A stretch of DNA of 43,527 bases, taken from NCBI GenBank assembly GCA_043749955.1, contig JAYVCM010000389.1, positions 1 to 43,527 on the forward strand. Direction: 5' to 3'. The notes beneath the pieces were generated by a model that saw nothing but the letters and a program-made list of their open reading frames with translations, was not told where the DNA came from and made no database searches. Below, piece by piece: positions 1-9,009 of this stretch (its first letter is position 1; each line of letters opens with the position of its first letter). Source of the DNA: Limisphaerales bacterium (GTDB lineage Bacteria > Verrucomicrobiota > Verrucomicrobiia > Limisphaerales > UBA11358). A program made the translations under genes and the position numbers.

Positions 1-2606
1 ACACGGTGGGCACGGCGTTGAGCCAGAAAGTTTGGAACAACGGCGTCAATCAAGAATGGCTGCTGACGACCACCAATGGTTCGCTTCCTTCCACGCCGAC
101 CGGTTTGGTGGCAACGCCGGGAGCGGGACAAATTTCGCTGAGCTGGACGAGCGTCGGCGGGGCAACCAAATACAACGTCAAGCGCGGCACCGCGAGTGGC
201 GGCCCCTACGCCACCAGCATCGGCGGCCCGACCTCCGCCAGCTTCACTGACACCGGCGTGACCAACGGCATCACCTATTACTATGTCGTTTCCGCGGTGA
301 ATGCCGCCGGCATCAGCGGAAAATCCGCGCCGGCCAGCGCAACCATCGGCGGAGTTCAACCGCCGCCTGCCGCCCCCAGCGGATTGAATGCGACCGCCGT
401 GAGCGCGGCGCAAATCAATCTGACGTGGACGGACAACTCTACCAACGAAAGTAATTTTTTGGTTGAGCGTTCATCGGACGGAATCAACTTTGCGCAGATT
501 GATTCCGTCGGAGCCGGCGTGACCAACGACGCCAGCACCGGGCTTTCGCCGAGCACGCTTTATTACTATCGGGTTCGCGCGAGCAACGTCAGCGGCAATT
601 CCGCCTACTCCAACACCAACAGCGCCACGACGCTCGCGCCGCCGCCCGGCCTGACGTGGCGCGGCGATGGCGCGGGCAACGCGTGGGACGTGGGCGTGAC
701 CGCCAACTGGATTTCCGGCGGAGCCGGCGCGCAGTTCGTCAACGGAACCGCCGCCACATTCGACGACACGGGTTCAAACAATGTGCCTGTGGCATTGACC
801 GGAACGCTTCAGCCATCATCTCTAAATGTCAGCGCGGCGAAAAATTACACGTTCGGAGGCACGGGTTTGATTGCAGGCAATGCTTCGCTCGTCAAATCCG
901 GCAACGGTTCGCTCACCTTCACCACCAGCGGCAACAATTCATTCAGCGGCGGCGTAACCATCAACGGCGGAATCGTTGCGCTCGGTGCGGACAGTGTTTC
1001 ACCCTCGACGGAAAATCAATTCGCATTGGGCACGGGTCCGGTGATGATCAGCACCAACGGCCAGCTTCGTTTCGGAGGCAAGAGTGGCGGCGTGCAAAAT
1101 TTTATCATCACCAACGCCATCACGCTCAACGGCGGCACTATTTTTTGCGTGGACGGCCGGCAGCATCTTTCCAATTCCATCGTTAATGTGCAGTCCGGCG
1201 GCGGCACATTGCTCGCGCGCTGGGGCGGTAAGGATTTGCTCATTGAATCAAAGATCACCGGCACCGGCCCGCTGACATTTAATTATGGCGGCGGCTCCAG
1301 CCCGCCGGGCGGAGCGCTTTACCTGGCGAATCCATCGAACACTTACAGCGGCACGTTGAGCATCCTGACCAACGCCGTGGTTCTCACCACGCCGTTCGCG
1401 CTTTCGAACGCGGTGCTGAATGCGCAAGGCACCGGCTCAAGTTCCAACCTGATTTGGAGCGGCATCAGCAGCATCACTCTCGGAGGGTTGGGCGGCGTTG
1501 GAAACATTCCGCTCGGCGCGAATCAATTGCAGGTCGGCAACAACGATTCCAGCACGGAGTATTCTGGCGCGCTGTCGGGAAGCGGTTCGCTGGTCAAAAT
1601 CGGTTCCGGCACTTTCACACTTTCCGGCGCGAACACTTACAGCGGCACGACGACCATCAGCAACGGCACGTTACAGATTGGGAATGGCGGCGCGACCGGA
1701 TCGCCCGGCACCGGCAACATCATCAACAACGCCGCGCTGAAATTTTACCGCACCAACGCGATTGGTTTCGGCGGAATCATCAGCGGCGCGGGCGATCTCG
1801 ATCTGGTGGGCGGCGGCACAGTCACCTTGAGCAACGCCAATACTTACACCGGCGACACGCTCATCGAAGCAGGGATGCTCGCGCTCACCGGCAACGGCGG
1901 CATCGCGAATACGGCGGGCATAAACATTTCGGCGGGCGCGCTTTTGGACGTCAGTGGAAAAAACGGCGGCGCGATGACGCTGACCGGCGGAATCATTTCC
2001 GGCAATGGCTCGGTCAACGGCAATTTCACCATCGGCAACGGTGCCGCGCTTTCGCCGGGCACTTTCATCGGCACGATGACCTTCAGCAACGCCCTCACGC
2101 TGGCGGCGGGCAGCACGAGCTTTTTTGAGATCAGCAAATCGCCGACGGCCAGTGACCTGGTAAAAATTCTCGGCGCGCTGACGTGCGGCGGAACCTTGCA
2201 GGTTGACAACATCAGCGGCAACCCGCTCGCAATCGGCGACAACTTCACGCTGTTTGACGCGGCGAGTTACAATGGTGGGTTTGCGACCGTGACGCTTCCG
2301 CCGCTGCCCGCCGGCTTGGGCTGGAACACGAATTTGCTCAATACCAGCGGCACAATTTCCGTCATCATCACCGCCAGCCCTTTCATCGGTTCGACTGCGA
2401 TTTCGAGCGACGGTTTTGTCTTCGTCGGGACCGGAGGCGTGGCCAATGCAGATTTTTACCTGCTCGGCTCAACGAATCTCCTGTCACCGGTTTCAAACTG
2501 GACGCGGTTATTGACCAATCAGTTTGATGCCGGTGGCAATTTTAATTTCACGAATTCTTTGGTTCACGATTCACTGATGAATTTTTTCTTACTACAAATC
2601 CCATGA
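1..2606 (+). CDS. Secreted multidomain surface protein, 5'-truncated by the window edge: lectin-like tail, 2x FN3, PATR beta-strand repeat region, conserved 86-aa C-terminal domain
   Basis: Open frame from the window start. The first residues (KVWNNGVNQEWLL) resemble the last QxW repeat of a ricin/CBM13 lectin. Two FN3-like modules are present (ISLSWTSVGGATKYNVKRG...YYYVVSAVN; INLTWTDNSTNESNFLVERS...YYYRVRASN). Repeated G-GTLTLSGANTYSGTTTISNGTLQIG units are typical of autotransporter-associated beta-strand repeats. The stop overlaps the next start (ATGA). Confidence 0.8.
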   Translation, partial: TVGTALSQKVWNNGVNQEWLLTTTNGSLPSTPTGLVATPGAGQISLSWTSVGGATKYNVKRGTASGGPYATSIGGPTSASFTDTGVTNGITYYYVVSAVNAAGISGKSAPASATIGGVQPPPAAPSGLNATAVSAAQINLTWTDNSTNESNFLVERSSDGINFAQIDSVGAGVTNDASTGLSPSTLYYYRVRASNVSGNSAYSNTNSATTLAPPPGLTWRGDGAGNAWDVGVTANWISGGAGAQFVNGTAATFDDTGSNNVPVALTGTLQPSSLNVSAAKNYTFGGTGLIAGNASLVKSGNGSLTFTTSGNNSFSGGVTINGGIVALGADSVSPSTENQFALGTGPVMISTNGQLRFGGKSGGVQNFIITNAITLNGGTIFCVDGRQHLSNSIVNVQSGGGTLLARWGGKDLLIESKITGTGPLTFNYGGGSSPPGGALYLANPSNTYSGTLSILTNAVVLTTPFALSNAVLNAQGTGSSSNLIWSGISSITLGGLGGVGNIPLGANQLQVGNNDSSTEYSGALSGSGSLVKIGSGTFTLSGANTYSGTTTISNGTLQIGNGGATGSPGTGNIINNAALKFYRTNAIGFGGIISGAGDLDLVGGGTVTLSNANTYTGDTLIEAGMLALTGNGGIANTAGINISAGALLDVSGKNGGAMTLTGGIISGNGSVNGNFTIGNGAALSPGTFIGTMTFSNALTLAAGSTSFFEISKSPTASDLVKILGALTCGGTLQVDNISGNPLAIGDNFTLFDAASYNGGFATVTLPPLPAGLGWNTNLLNTSGTISVIITASPFIGSTAISSDGFVFVGTGGVANADFYLLGSTNLLSPVSNWTRLLTNQFDAGGNFNFTNSLVHDSLMNFFLLQIP

Positions 2607-5600
2607 CAGCTACCGCACGAAAAGTTTTTGCTGGCGCGTGTTTCGCCATTTGGCTGACGCAATCGGCACCCGCCAACATCCCCGGCGGCGGCACCGGCAC
2701 CGGCCCCAACGTGACCGTCACCGACAACGGCAACGGCACGGTGACGATGGCTAACGGTGTCCTCTCGATTCTCATCACGAAGTCAGGTGCCTCGATCAAC
2801 CAGATGAATTACACCTTCAATAACGGCAGCGGCACACAGACGTTGCAATTATTGTCCGGCGGAAAAAATGGCGGGCAGTTTTATTGGGAGTTTGGCGGCT
2901 GGGGCGGCAACCCCTGGGTTTATTCCGTGGTGACCAACAATGGCAGTTATGCGGAGGTGGATATGTATTCCGACTCGGCCTCAAACGGTCTGGTGGACAT
3001 TCATTTTTCCATGCTGCGCGGCTCGCCGGGTTTTTATGCCACACCGATCTGGAGCCACCGCGCGCAGGACGGAGCTTTTGGCACGGGCGAGGAGCGGGAC
3101 AACATTTACTTCGCACCGTATTTCAACTGGCGGAGCGTGAATGATCAGGTCCAAGCTGAAACCGGATTATTCGCCACCTATGCGCCGGCATTTTATTCGC
3201 CGGGGGAAAATTCGCTGGTGACTTCCGGCGTGTTGCAGGGCACTTACGATGACAAATACAAATGGAGCGCGGACTTCGGCGTGGAGCGCGTCTGGGGCTG
3301 GAGCAGCGTGAGCGATCCGGCCATTGGCGTGGTCGGCAAAAATGTCGGCATGTGGCACGTTGTGGCCAGCGCGGAATTTTACAACGGCGGGCCGCTGAAA
3401 CCGGAATTAAACGATGCGCCGATGGTCAACATGATCAACGGCGGACATTATTATTTTGGCAACGATAGTGGGTTTGCCGCTGGCGAAACTTGGACGCGCG
3501 TGTCCGGCCCGTATTTTATTTACCTCAACAATGTCACGAACACGCTGACCGATCCGGTGCAAACCTCGCAGGCGTTGTGGGCGGATGCGAAGGCGCAAGC
3601 CGCAGCCGAGGCGCCGGCATGGCCGTATAGTTGGATGAACAATGTCAATTACGCTCCGGCCTCGCAGCGCGGCACGGTTGCCGGTCAGATCGTCATCAAT
3701 GACATCTATAAACCGAACGCCTCGGCGTCTAACTTGTGGATTGGGGTTGTCCAACAGCCATCGGTCACGATGAATAACGTCTATGATTTTCAGTTGTGGA
3801 TGAAACCTTACCAATTCTGGACCACGAGCGATGCCAACGGTAATTTTGTCATCTCCAATGTCATCGCTGGTAACAATTACACTTTGTATGCGTTTGGTGC
3901 GGGGGCGGCGGGAATGTTCATGTCGAAAAATCAGATCGGTGGGAATCCTGGAATCACCTACGCCTTGCCGTCGCCACAATTTACTGTCGTGGTGACTGGC
4001 GGAGCGACAAACAATCTCGGCACCGTGACTTGGACGCCGACGCGCGTCGGCCCGACCGTTTTTGAAATCGGCTATCCTACGCGTAAAGGCGACAAGTTCC
4101 GGCATGGCGATGACTATTGGGTTGGCGACGTCGGACCTAGCCCGACCTCACCCAGTCCCATCTGGAACAAGTTCATGGAATTTCCTTTCGACTTTCCGAA
4201 CGGGCTGAACTATGTCGTCGGCCAGAACCGCTGGAACACGGACTGGAATTATATCCAATCAGTTTATCCTGACTTGGCGGGCAACAACGCGGGTTCCAGT
4301 TCCACCGTCACCTTCAATCTTACTTCAAGCCCAGGCAGCGCCACGGCGTCACTTTTGCTGGGCATCGCTTCGGATGACAACAGTCCGATTTATGTCACGG
4401 TGAATGGCACTCTCTTGAGCGCCGGCAACGCCACCGGCACGCCACAGACATCCCTGCCAACAACCGGATGGTTTCCGATCAACGATGCCAGCGACACCAA
4501 CATCCGCGAAGAAAATCACGGCGCGTATTCTGACGAGCGGCTCACCTTCGCCGGCAGTTTGCTGCACGCGGGCAACAACACAATTAACTTCAGCTTTCGT
4601 CAGGCCGGCGGCTCAAGTTTTTCGCACCACTTCATCTACGATTACATCCGGCTCGAATTGACCGGCTACGTTCCGCCCGCGCCGGCGAGCGTGACCGCTT
4701 ACGCCGGAAATAATTCCGTGCTGTTGAGCTGGCCGGCGGTTGCGGGAGCCACGAGTTACAATCTTCTCCGCTCGACGGTTTCCGGCAGCGGTTATGTTTT
4801 CAACACGAACGGCGTGACCGGCCCGGTCTGCGGCAGCGGCCCGGCGAACGCGACGTGGGTGGACAGCACGGCGGTCAACGGCACAAATTATTATTACGTC
4901 GTGCAATCCGTGAACCCGGTGAACGTCAGTAGCAATTCGCCGCAAAGTTTCGCCGTCACGCCGTCAGCGGTAATTTCGTCCGCCGTGCCGGCTGCGCCCA
5001 CGGGCCTCATGGTGACGAGCACAAACAGCGCGGTGACGTTCACTTGGAGCGCGGTGACGGGCGCGAATTTCTACACCATTTATCGCGGCACGGTTGTCAA
5101 CAAGCTTGGATATGTCATTCGCTACGATATTTTAAGCAACACGACGACCAGTCCGGCTTACACGGATGCTTCGGGAACTTTGGGTTGCACTTATAGTTAC
5201 TATGTCACCGCCACGAGCGCGGGCGGGACAAGTGACAATTCCACCAACGTCACCGCCAAGCCCGTGCCGCCGCCGCCGGCGAATCCGCCGGCGAATGTGA
5301 AAATCTCGACGACCGTCACCAGCACGAACCAATCTACCTTCATCAGTTGGTCTCCGGTCAGCGGCGCGGTGGGTTACATTCTTTTCCGCGCCACCAGCAC
5401 GAACGGCCCGTTTGTTTTTCCCGGCAATTACGTCATGAGCATGACGATGACCAATTGGACGGATGGCGGGCTGAACAATAGTTCGCTGTATTCCTATGAA
5501 GTGATTGCGATGAACGCGGGCGGCATTTCGGGCGCGTCGGCCATCGTCACCACGCCGCCGCCGGCGCCGGCCACACTCGGTGCGACGCCGGGCAATTCGC

Positions 5601-7483
5601 AAATTCTTTTGAACTGGTCGGCGTCGCCCGGTGCAACGAGTTACACCGTCAAGCGCGGCACCAGCAGCGGGAACGAAATCTTCACCGTGGCCACCGGCGT
5701 GAGCAGCACCAGTTACATTGATTCCGGCCTCGTCAACGGCACGACGTATTACTATGTCGTCCAAGCCGTCGGCCCGAGTGGAACCAGCGTCAAATCTCCC
5801 GAAGCCAGCGCCACGCCGAACAGCAGCGTAATCGTTTCAGGGTTGATTTGGACCGGCGCAAAAAGTTCATTGTGGGACACCGCCGCGACGAATTGGGTCA
5901 ATAACCTTGTCGCCACGATCTACACCAACGGCAGCAACGTCACGTTTAACGATTCGGCGGCAACTGCCAGCGTAACCATTAACTCTACCGTGCAGCCCGC
6001 CGCGATGACGTTTGCCAATTCCAATTTGAGTTATGCGATAAGCGGCAGTGCCGGCATTGGTGGCACGGCGACATTATACAAAGTCGGCACGGGTCCGTTG
6101 ACGCTCAACACCACCAATTCATTTTCCGGCGGCATCGTGATTGACAACGGAACCTTGCTTGTCGGCAACATCGGCGCGAACGGCAGCGCGTGGGGCACCG
6201 GCCCGATCACGTTTCTCGGCGGCACGCTCCAATTCAACGGCTACGGCGGGAGCACCGGCACCGGCTGGGGCGGAATGACCAACGCGTTCATTGTTCCGAC
6301 GGGAGAAAGCGGCACGCTTCTGCTGCCGCCGCGCTGGGGCTACAGCGCGCCATTCACCAGTCCGCTCTTTGGCGGCGGCACGCTGAACGTCACGGTTGAT
6401 TACGTCCGCGATTATTTCAGCGGTGACTGGTCGGCGTTCGCCGGCTTGATCAATGTCAGCCCGCGCAGCGGCACGGGCGACTTCCGCATTGCGAATACAA
6501 CCGGCTATGCCGGCGCGGCGATTTACCTGAACAGCGGCGTCAACTGTTACACCATCAACAATAATAATCTGACGGTTGATCTCGGCGAACTGGGCGGCGT
6601 CAGCGGCGCTTTCATTGGCTCCGGCAGCGGCAGCGCCATCAATCCGACGTGGCGCATCGGCGCGAAGAACACGACGAACACCTACGCCGGAACCATCGCC
6701 GACGCGGGCGTGACCTCGCTCATTAAAACTGGCACCGGCACGTTCATTCTCACCGGCGCGAACAATACTTACAGCGGCGGCACAACCATCAGCGGCGGCG
6801 CGCTGTTCGTCAACAATTCCGCCGGCAGCGGCACGGGTTCCGGCGCGGTCACGGTCGCCAATGGCGGCACGCTCGGCGGCACGGGAATTATTTCCGCCGC
6901 CGTCACCGTTCAAAACGGCGGAGCACTCGCGTCCGGAAATCCGCTCGGCACACTGACCATCAGCAACAATCTCACGCTCGCCGGCGGCAGCACGACACTG
7001 GTTCAGGTTCAACATTCGCCGCTGACGAATGACGCCGTGAAAATTTCCGGCACGCTGATTGAAGGCGGCACGTTGAATGTGTCCGACCTGGCCGTGGGGA
7101 CTTTAACCAACGGCGACAGTTTCAAAGTGTTCAGCGCCGGAGTTTATTCCGGTGCCTTTACCAATTTTATTTTGCCAACCTTGGCAGGAAATCTGGCGTG
7201 GGACACGAGCGCCTTGAAAATTTCGGGAACGCTTGCCATCGTGACCTTGACCCCGCCAATCATCGCCGGTTTCAAGCTGGTTGGCGGAAGCCTGGTGATC
7301 AACGGTTCGGGCGGCACCGCCAACTGGACGTATCTCCTTTTATCCTCGACGAATCTGGCGCTGCCCACCGCGCAATGGATACCGATTGCGACGAACCAGT
7401 TCGACGTCGCCGGCAATTTCAACTTCACCAACAACCTCGACCCCAGCTCGTCGCAGAGCTTTTACCTGTTGCAACTACGATAA
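2603..7483 (+). CDS. Giant secreted rhamnogalacturonan lyase (PL4-like) fused to about 4 FN3 modules, a PATR repeat region and the 86-aa C-terminal domain
   Basis: Signal peptide (FAGACFAIWLTQSAPA). N-terminal pattern VTDNGNGTVTMANGVLSILITKSGASINQMNY matches the RhgB_N-type dNG-l-v pattern. FEIGYPTRKGDKFRHGDDYWVGD and YVVGQNRWNTDWNYIQ match the PL4 middle domain, and NNTINFSF...FIYDYIRLEL the PL4 C-terminal CBM-like domain. These are followed by FN3 modules (LLSWPAVAGATSYNLLRS, FTWSAVTGANFYTIYRG, ISWSPVSGAVGYILFRA, LLNWSASPGATSYTVKRG) and PATR repeats (LIKTGTGTFILTGANNTYSGGTTISGGALFV). Confidence 0.8.
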   Translation: MTATARKVFAGACFAIWLTQSAPANIPGGGTGTGPNVTVTDNGNGTVTMANGVLSILITKSGASINQMNYTFNNGSGTQTLQLLSGGKNGGQFYWEFGGWGGNPWVYSVVTNNGSYAEVDMYSDSASNGLVDIHFSMLRGSPGFYATPIWSHRAQDGAFGTGEERDNIYFAPYFNWRSVNDQVQAETGLFATYAPAFYSPGENSLVTSGVLQGTYDDKYKWSADFGVERVWGWSSVSDPAIGVVGKNVGMWHVVASAEFYNGGPLKPELNDAPMVNMINGGHYYFGNDSGFAAGETWTRVSGPYFIYLNNVTNTLTDPVQTSQALWADAKAQAAAEAPAWPYSWMNNVNYAPASQRGTVAGQIVINDIYKPNASASNLWIGVVQQPSVTMNNVYDFQLWMKPYQFWTTSDANGNFVISNVIAGNNYTLYAFGAGAAGMFMSKNQIGGNPGITYALPSPQFTVVVTGGATNNLGTVTWTPTRVGPTVFEIGYPTRKGDKFRHGDDYWVGDVGPSPTSPSPIWNKFMEFPFDFPNGLNYVVGQNRWNTDWNYIQSVYPDLAGNNAGSSSTVTFNLTSSPGSATASLLLGIASDDNSPIYVTVNGTLLSAGNATGTPQTSLPTTGWFPINDASDTNIREENHGAYSDERLTFAGSLLHAGNNTINFSFRQAGGSSFSHHFIYDYIRLELTGYVPPAPASVTAYAGNNSVLLSWPAVAGATSYNLLRSTVSGSGYVFNTNGVTGPVCGSGPANATWVDSTAVNGTNYYYVVQSVNPVNVSSNSPQSFAVTPSAVISSAVPAAPTGLMVTSTNSAVTFTWSAVTGANFYTIYRGTVVNKLGYVIRYDILSNTTTSPAYTDASGTLGCTYSYYVTATSAGGTSDNSTNVTAKPVPPPPANPPANVKISTTVTSTNQSTFISWSPVSGAVGYILFRATSTNGPFVFPGNYVMSMTMTNWTDGGLNNSSLYSYEVIAMNAGGISGASAIVTTPPPAPATLGATPGNSQILLNWSASPGATSYTVKRGTSSGNEIFTVATGVSSTSYIDSGLVNGTTYYYVVQAVGPSGTSVKSPEASATPNSSVIVSGLIWTGAKSSLWDTAATNWVNNLVATIYTNGSNVTFNDSAATASVTINSTVQPAAMTFANSNLSYAISGSAGIGGTATLYKVGTGPLTLNTTNSFSGGIVIDNGTLLVGNIGANGSAWGTGPITFLGGTLQFNGYGGSTGTGWGGMTNAFIVPTGESGTLLLPPRWGYSAPFTSPLFGGGTLNVTVDYVRDYFSGDWSAFAGLINVSPRSGTGDFRIANTTGYAGAAIYLNSGVNCYTINNNNLTVDLGELGGVSGAFIGSGSGSAINPTWRIGAKNTTNTYAGTIADAGVTSLIKTGTGTFILTGANNTYSGGTTISGGALFVNNSAGSGTGSGAVTVANGGTLGGTGIISAAVTVQNGGALASGNPLGTLTISNNLTLAGGSTTLVQVQHSPLTNDAVKISGTLIEGGTLNVSDLAVGTLTNGDSFKVFSAGVYSGAFTNFILPTLAGNLAWDTSALKISGTLAIVTLTPPIIAGFKLVGGSLVINGSGGTANWTYLLLSSTNLALPTAQWIPIATNQFDVAGNFNFTNNLDPSSSQSFYLLQLR

Positions 7484-8970
7484 TGATTATGAATAAATTC
7501 AAAACGCGATTTTGCCTGACCGGGCTGGCGGTGTTCACATTGTGTTCCGGGACGAGTTTTGCCCAATCGGGGCCGAACACCACGCGCGCCATCGTCGAGC
7601 AGGCCGCCGCCGCAGGCACCGCGATTCCGCCGGGGCCGTTTGCGCCGACGTGGGATTCGCTGCGCACAAATTATTCCGTGCCCGGTTGGTTTCGCGACGC
7701 GAAGTTCGGCATCTTCATGCACTGGGGACTTTACGCCGTGCCCGCCCACGGCAGCGAGTGGTATGAGAAGCACATGTATGGCAATCACGGCATCACGCAA
7801 TGGCACACGGAAAAATTCGGCCCGCCGGACAGGTTCGGCTACAAGGATTTCATTCCCATGTTCAACGCGACCAATTGGGATCCAGACGCGTGGGCGACCT
7901 TGTTCAAAAAAGCCGGCGCGAAAATCATCATCCCCACCGCCGAGCATCACGATGGTTTCGCGCTTTGGGACAGCGCGGTCAACAAATACAACGCGAAAAA
8001 AATGGGGCCGCACCGCGATCTCATCGGCGATCTCGGTAAGGCCGTGCGGAAACAGGGATTGAAGTTCGGCGTCTCCAACCACGGCATCGAGCATTTCACT
8101 TTCATCCAGCCGACGGCGGGACAGACGAACGACCTTTACGATCCGCAGTGGAAAGATTTTTACAGCGTAGCCGACCGCAGCGACGCCGCGTGCAAAAAAT
8201 TTCTCGAAAGTTGGGTCGCGCAAAACGTGGAGCTGATTGACCAGTATCAGCCGGACATTTTGTGGTTCGATAACGGCGTGAATGGCCGCGTGTTCGATGC
8301 GATCAAATTGAAGGTTGCCGCGTATTACTACAATCGCGCCGCGACGTGGGGCAAGGCCGTCTCGCTTGAAACCAAAGACAGGGCGTATCTCGCCGGCAGC
8401 ATCATGGACTTTGAACGCCGCAGTCGCGCGCCAAAAGAGCTGACGGATTTTGTGTGGGACGTAGACGAGCCGGTGCTTTACCGATTCGGTTACACGGAAG
8501 GTTCGCCCATTGCCTCCGCCGACGGCACGGTGCGGCTATTGGTGGAATGTGCGAGCAAAAACGGCGGGCTGCTGCTGAACATTTCGCCGAAGGCCGATGG
8601 CACAATTCCCGACGACCAGCAAAAGCTGCTTCTGCAAATCGGCGCGTGGCTGGACGTGAACGGCGCGGCGATTTACGGCACGCGCCCGTGGACGCAATTC
8701 GGCGATGGCAAAATCCGCTTCACCACCAAGGACAAAACGCTTTACGCGATTTCGCTGGGCTGGCCGGGCGAGCAGGTGACGATTCAATCGCTGGCGAAAG
8801 GGAAGTTTTCGGACATCGAGTCGGTGAACCTGCTCGGCCACAAAGGCGCGTTGGAATTCACGCAGGATGAAGCGGGATTGACGATTAAAATGCCCGTTGA
8901 GAAACCGTGCGACTATGCATTCACTCTGGAGATTGTCCCGAAGCCCGGCAATTCTGAACCAAAGAAATAA
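7483..8970 (+). CDS. alpha-L-fucosidase, GH29 (Sec signal)
   Basis: ORF-track frame 7198..8970 trimmed to the ATG at 7483 (MIMNKFKTRFCLTGLAVFTLCSGTSFAQ), which overlaps the upstream stop as TAATG. GH29 motifs FGIFMHWGLYAVPAHGSEWY and AEHHDGFALWDS. Confidence 0.88.
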   Translation: MIMNKFKTRFCLTGLAVFTLCSGTSFAQSGPNTTRAIVEQAAAAGTAIPPGPFAPTWDSLRTNYSVPGWFRDAKFGIFMHWGLYAVPAHGSEWYEKHMYGNHGITQWHTEKFGPPDRFGYKDFIPMFNATNWDPDAWATLFKKAGAKIIIPTAEHHDGFALWDSAVNKYNAKKMGPHRDLIGDLGKAVRKQGLKFGVSNHGIEHFTFIQPTAGQTNDLYDPQWKDFYSVADRSDAACKKFLESWVAQNVELIDQYQPDILWFDNGVNGRVFDAIKLKVAAYYYNRAATWGKAVSLETKDRAYLAGSIMDFERRSRAPKELTDFVWDVDEPVLYRFGYTEGSPIASADGTVRLLVECASKNGGLLLNISPKADGTIPDDQQKLLLQIGAWLDVNGAAIYGTRPWTQFGDGKIRFTTKDKTLYAISLGWPGEQVTIQSLAKGKFSDIESVNLLGHKGALEFTQDEAGLTIKMPVEKPCDYAFTLEIVPKPGNSEPKK

Positions 8971-9009
8971 TCGGTAATAATTTTTTTACAACCATACCTC
9001 GAATCAACC

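Noticed and set aside
7198-7482. N-terminal extensions of ORF-track entries (7198 for the GH29, 22945 for the esterase, 30145 for the propeller protein, 20505 and 35300 alternative starts)
   Set aside because: The extensions overlap the preceding gene or lack signal peptides. Internal ATGs are followed immediately by typical signal or Tat leaders.
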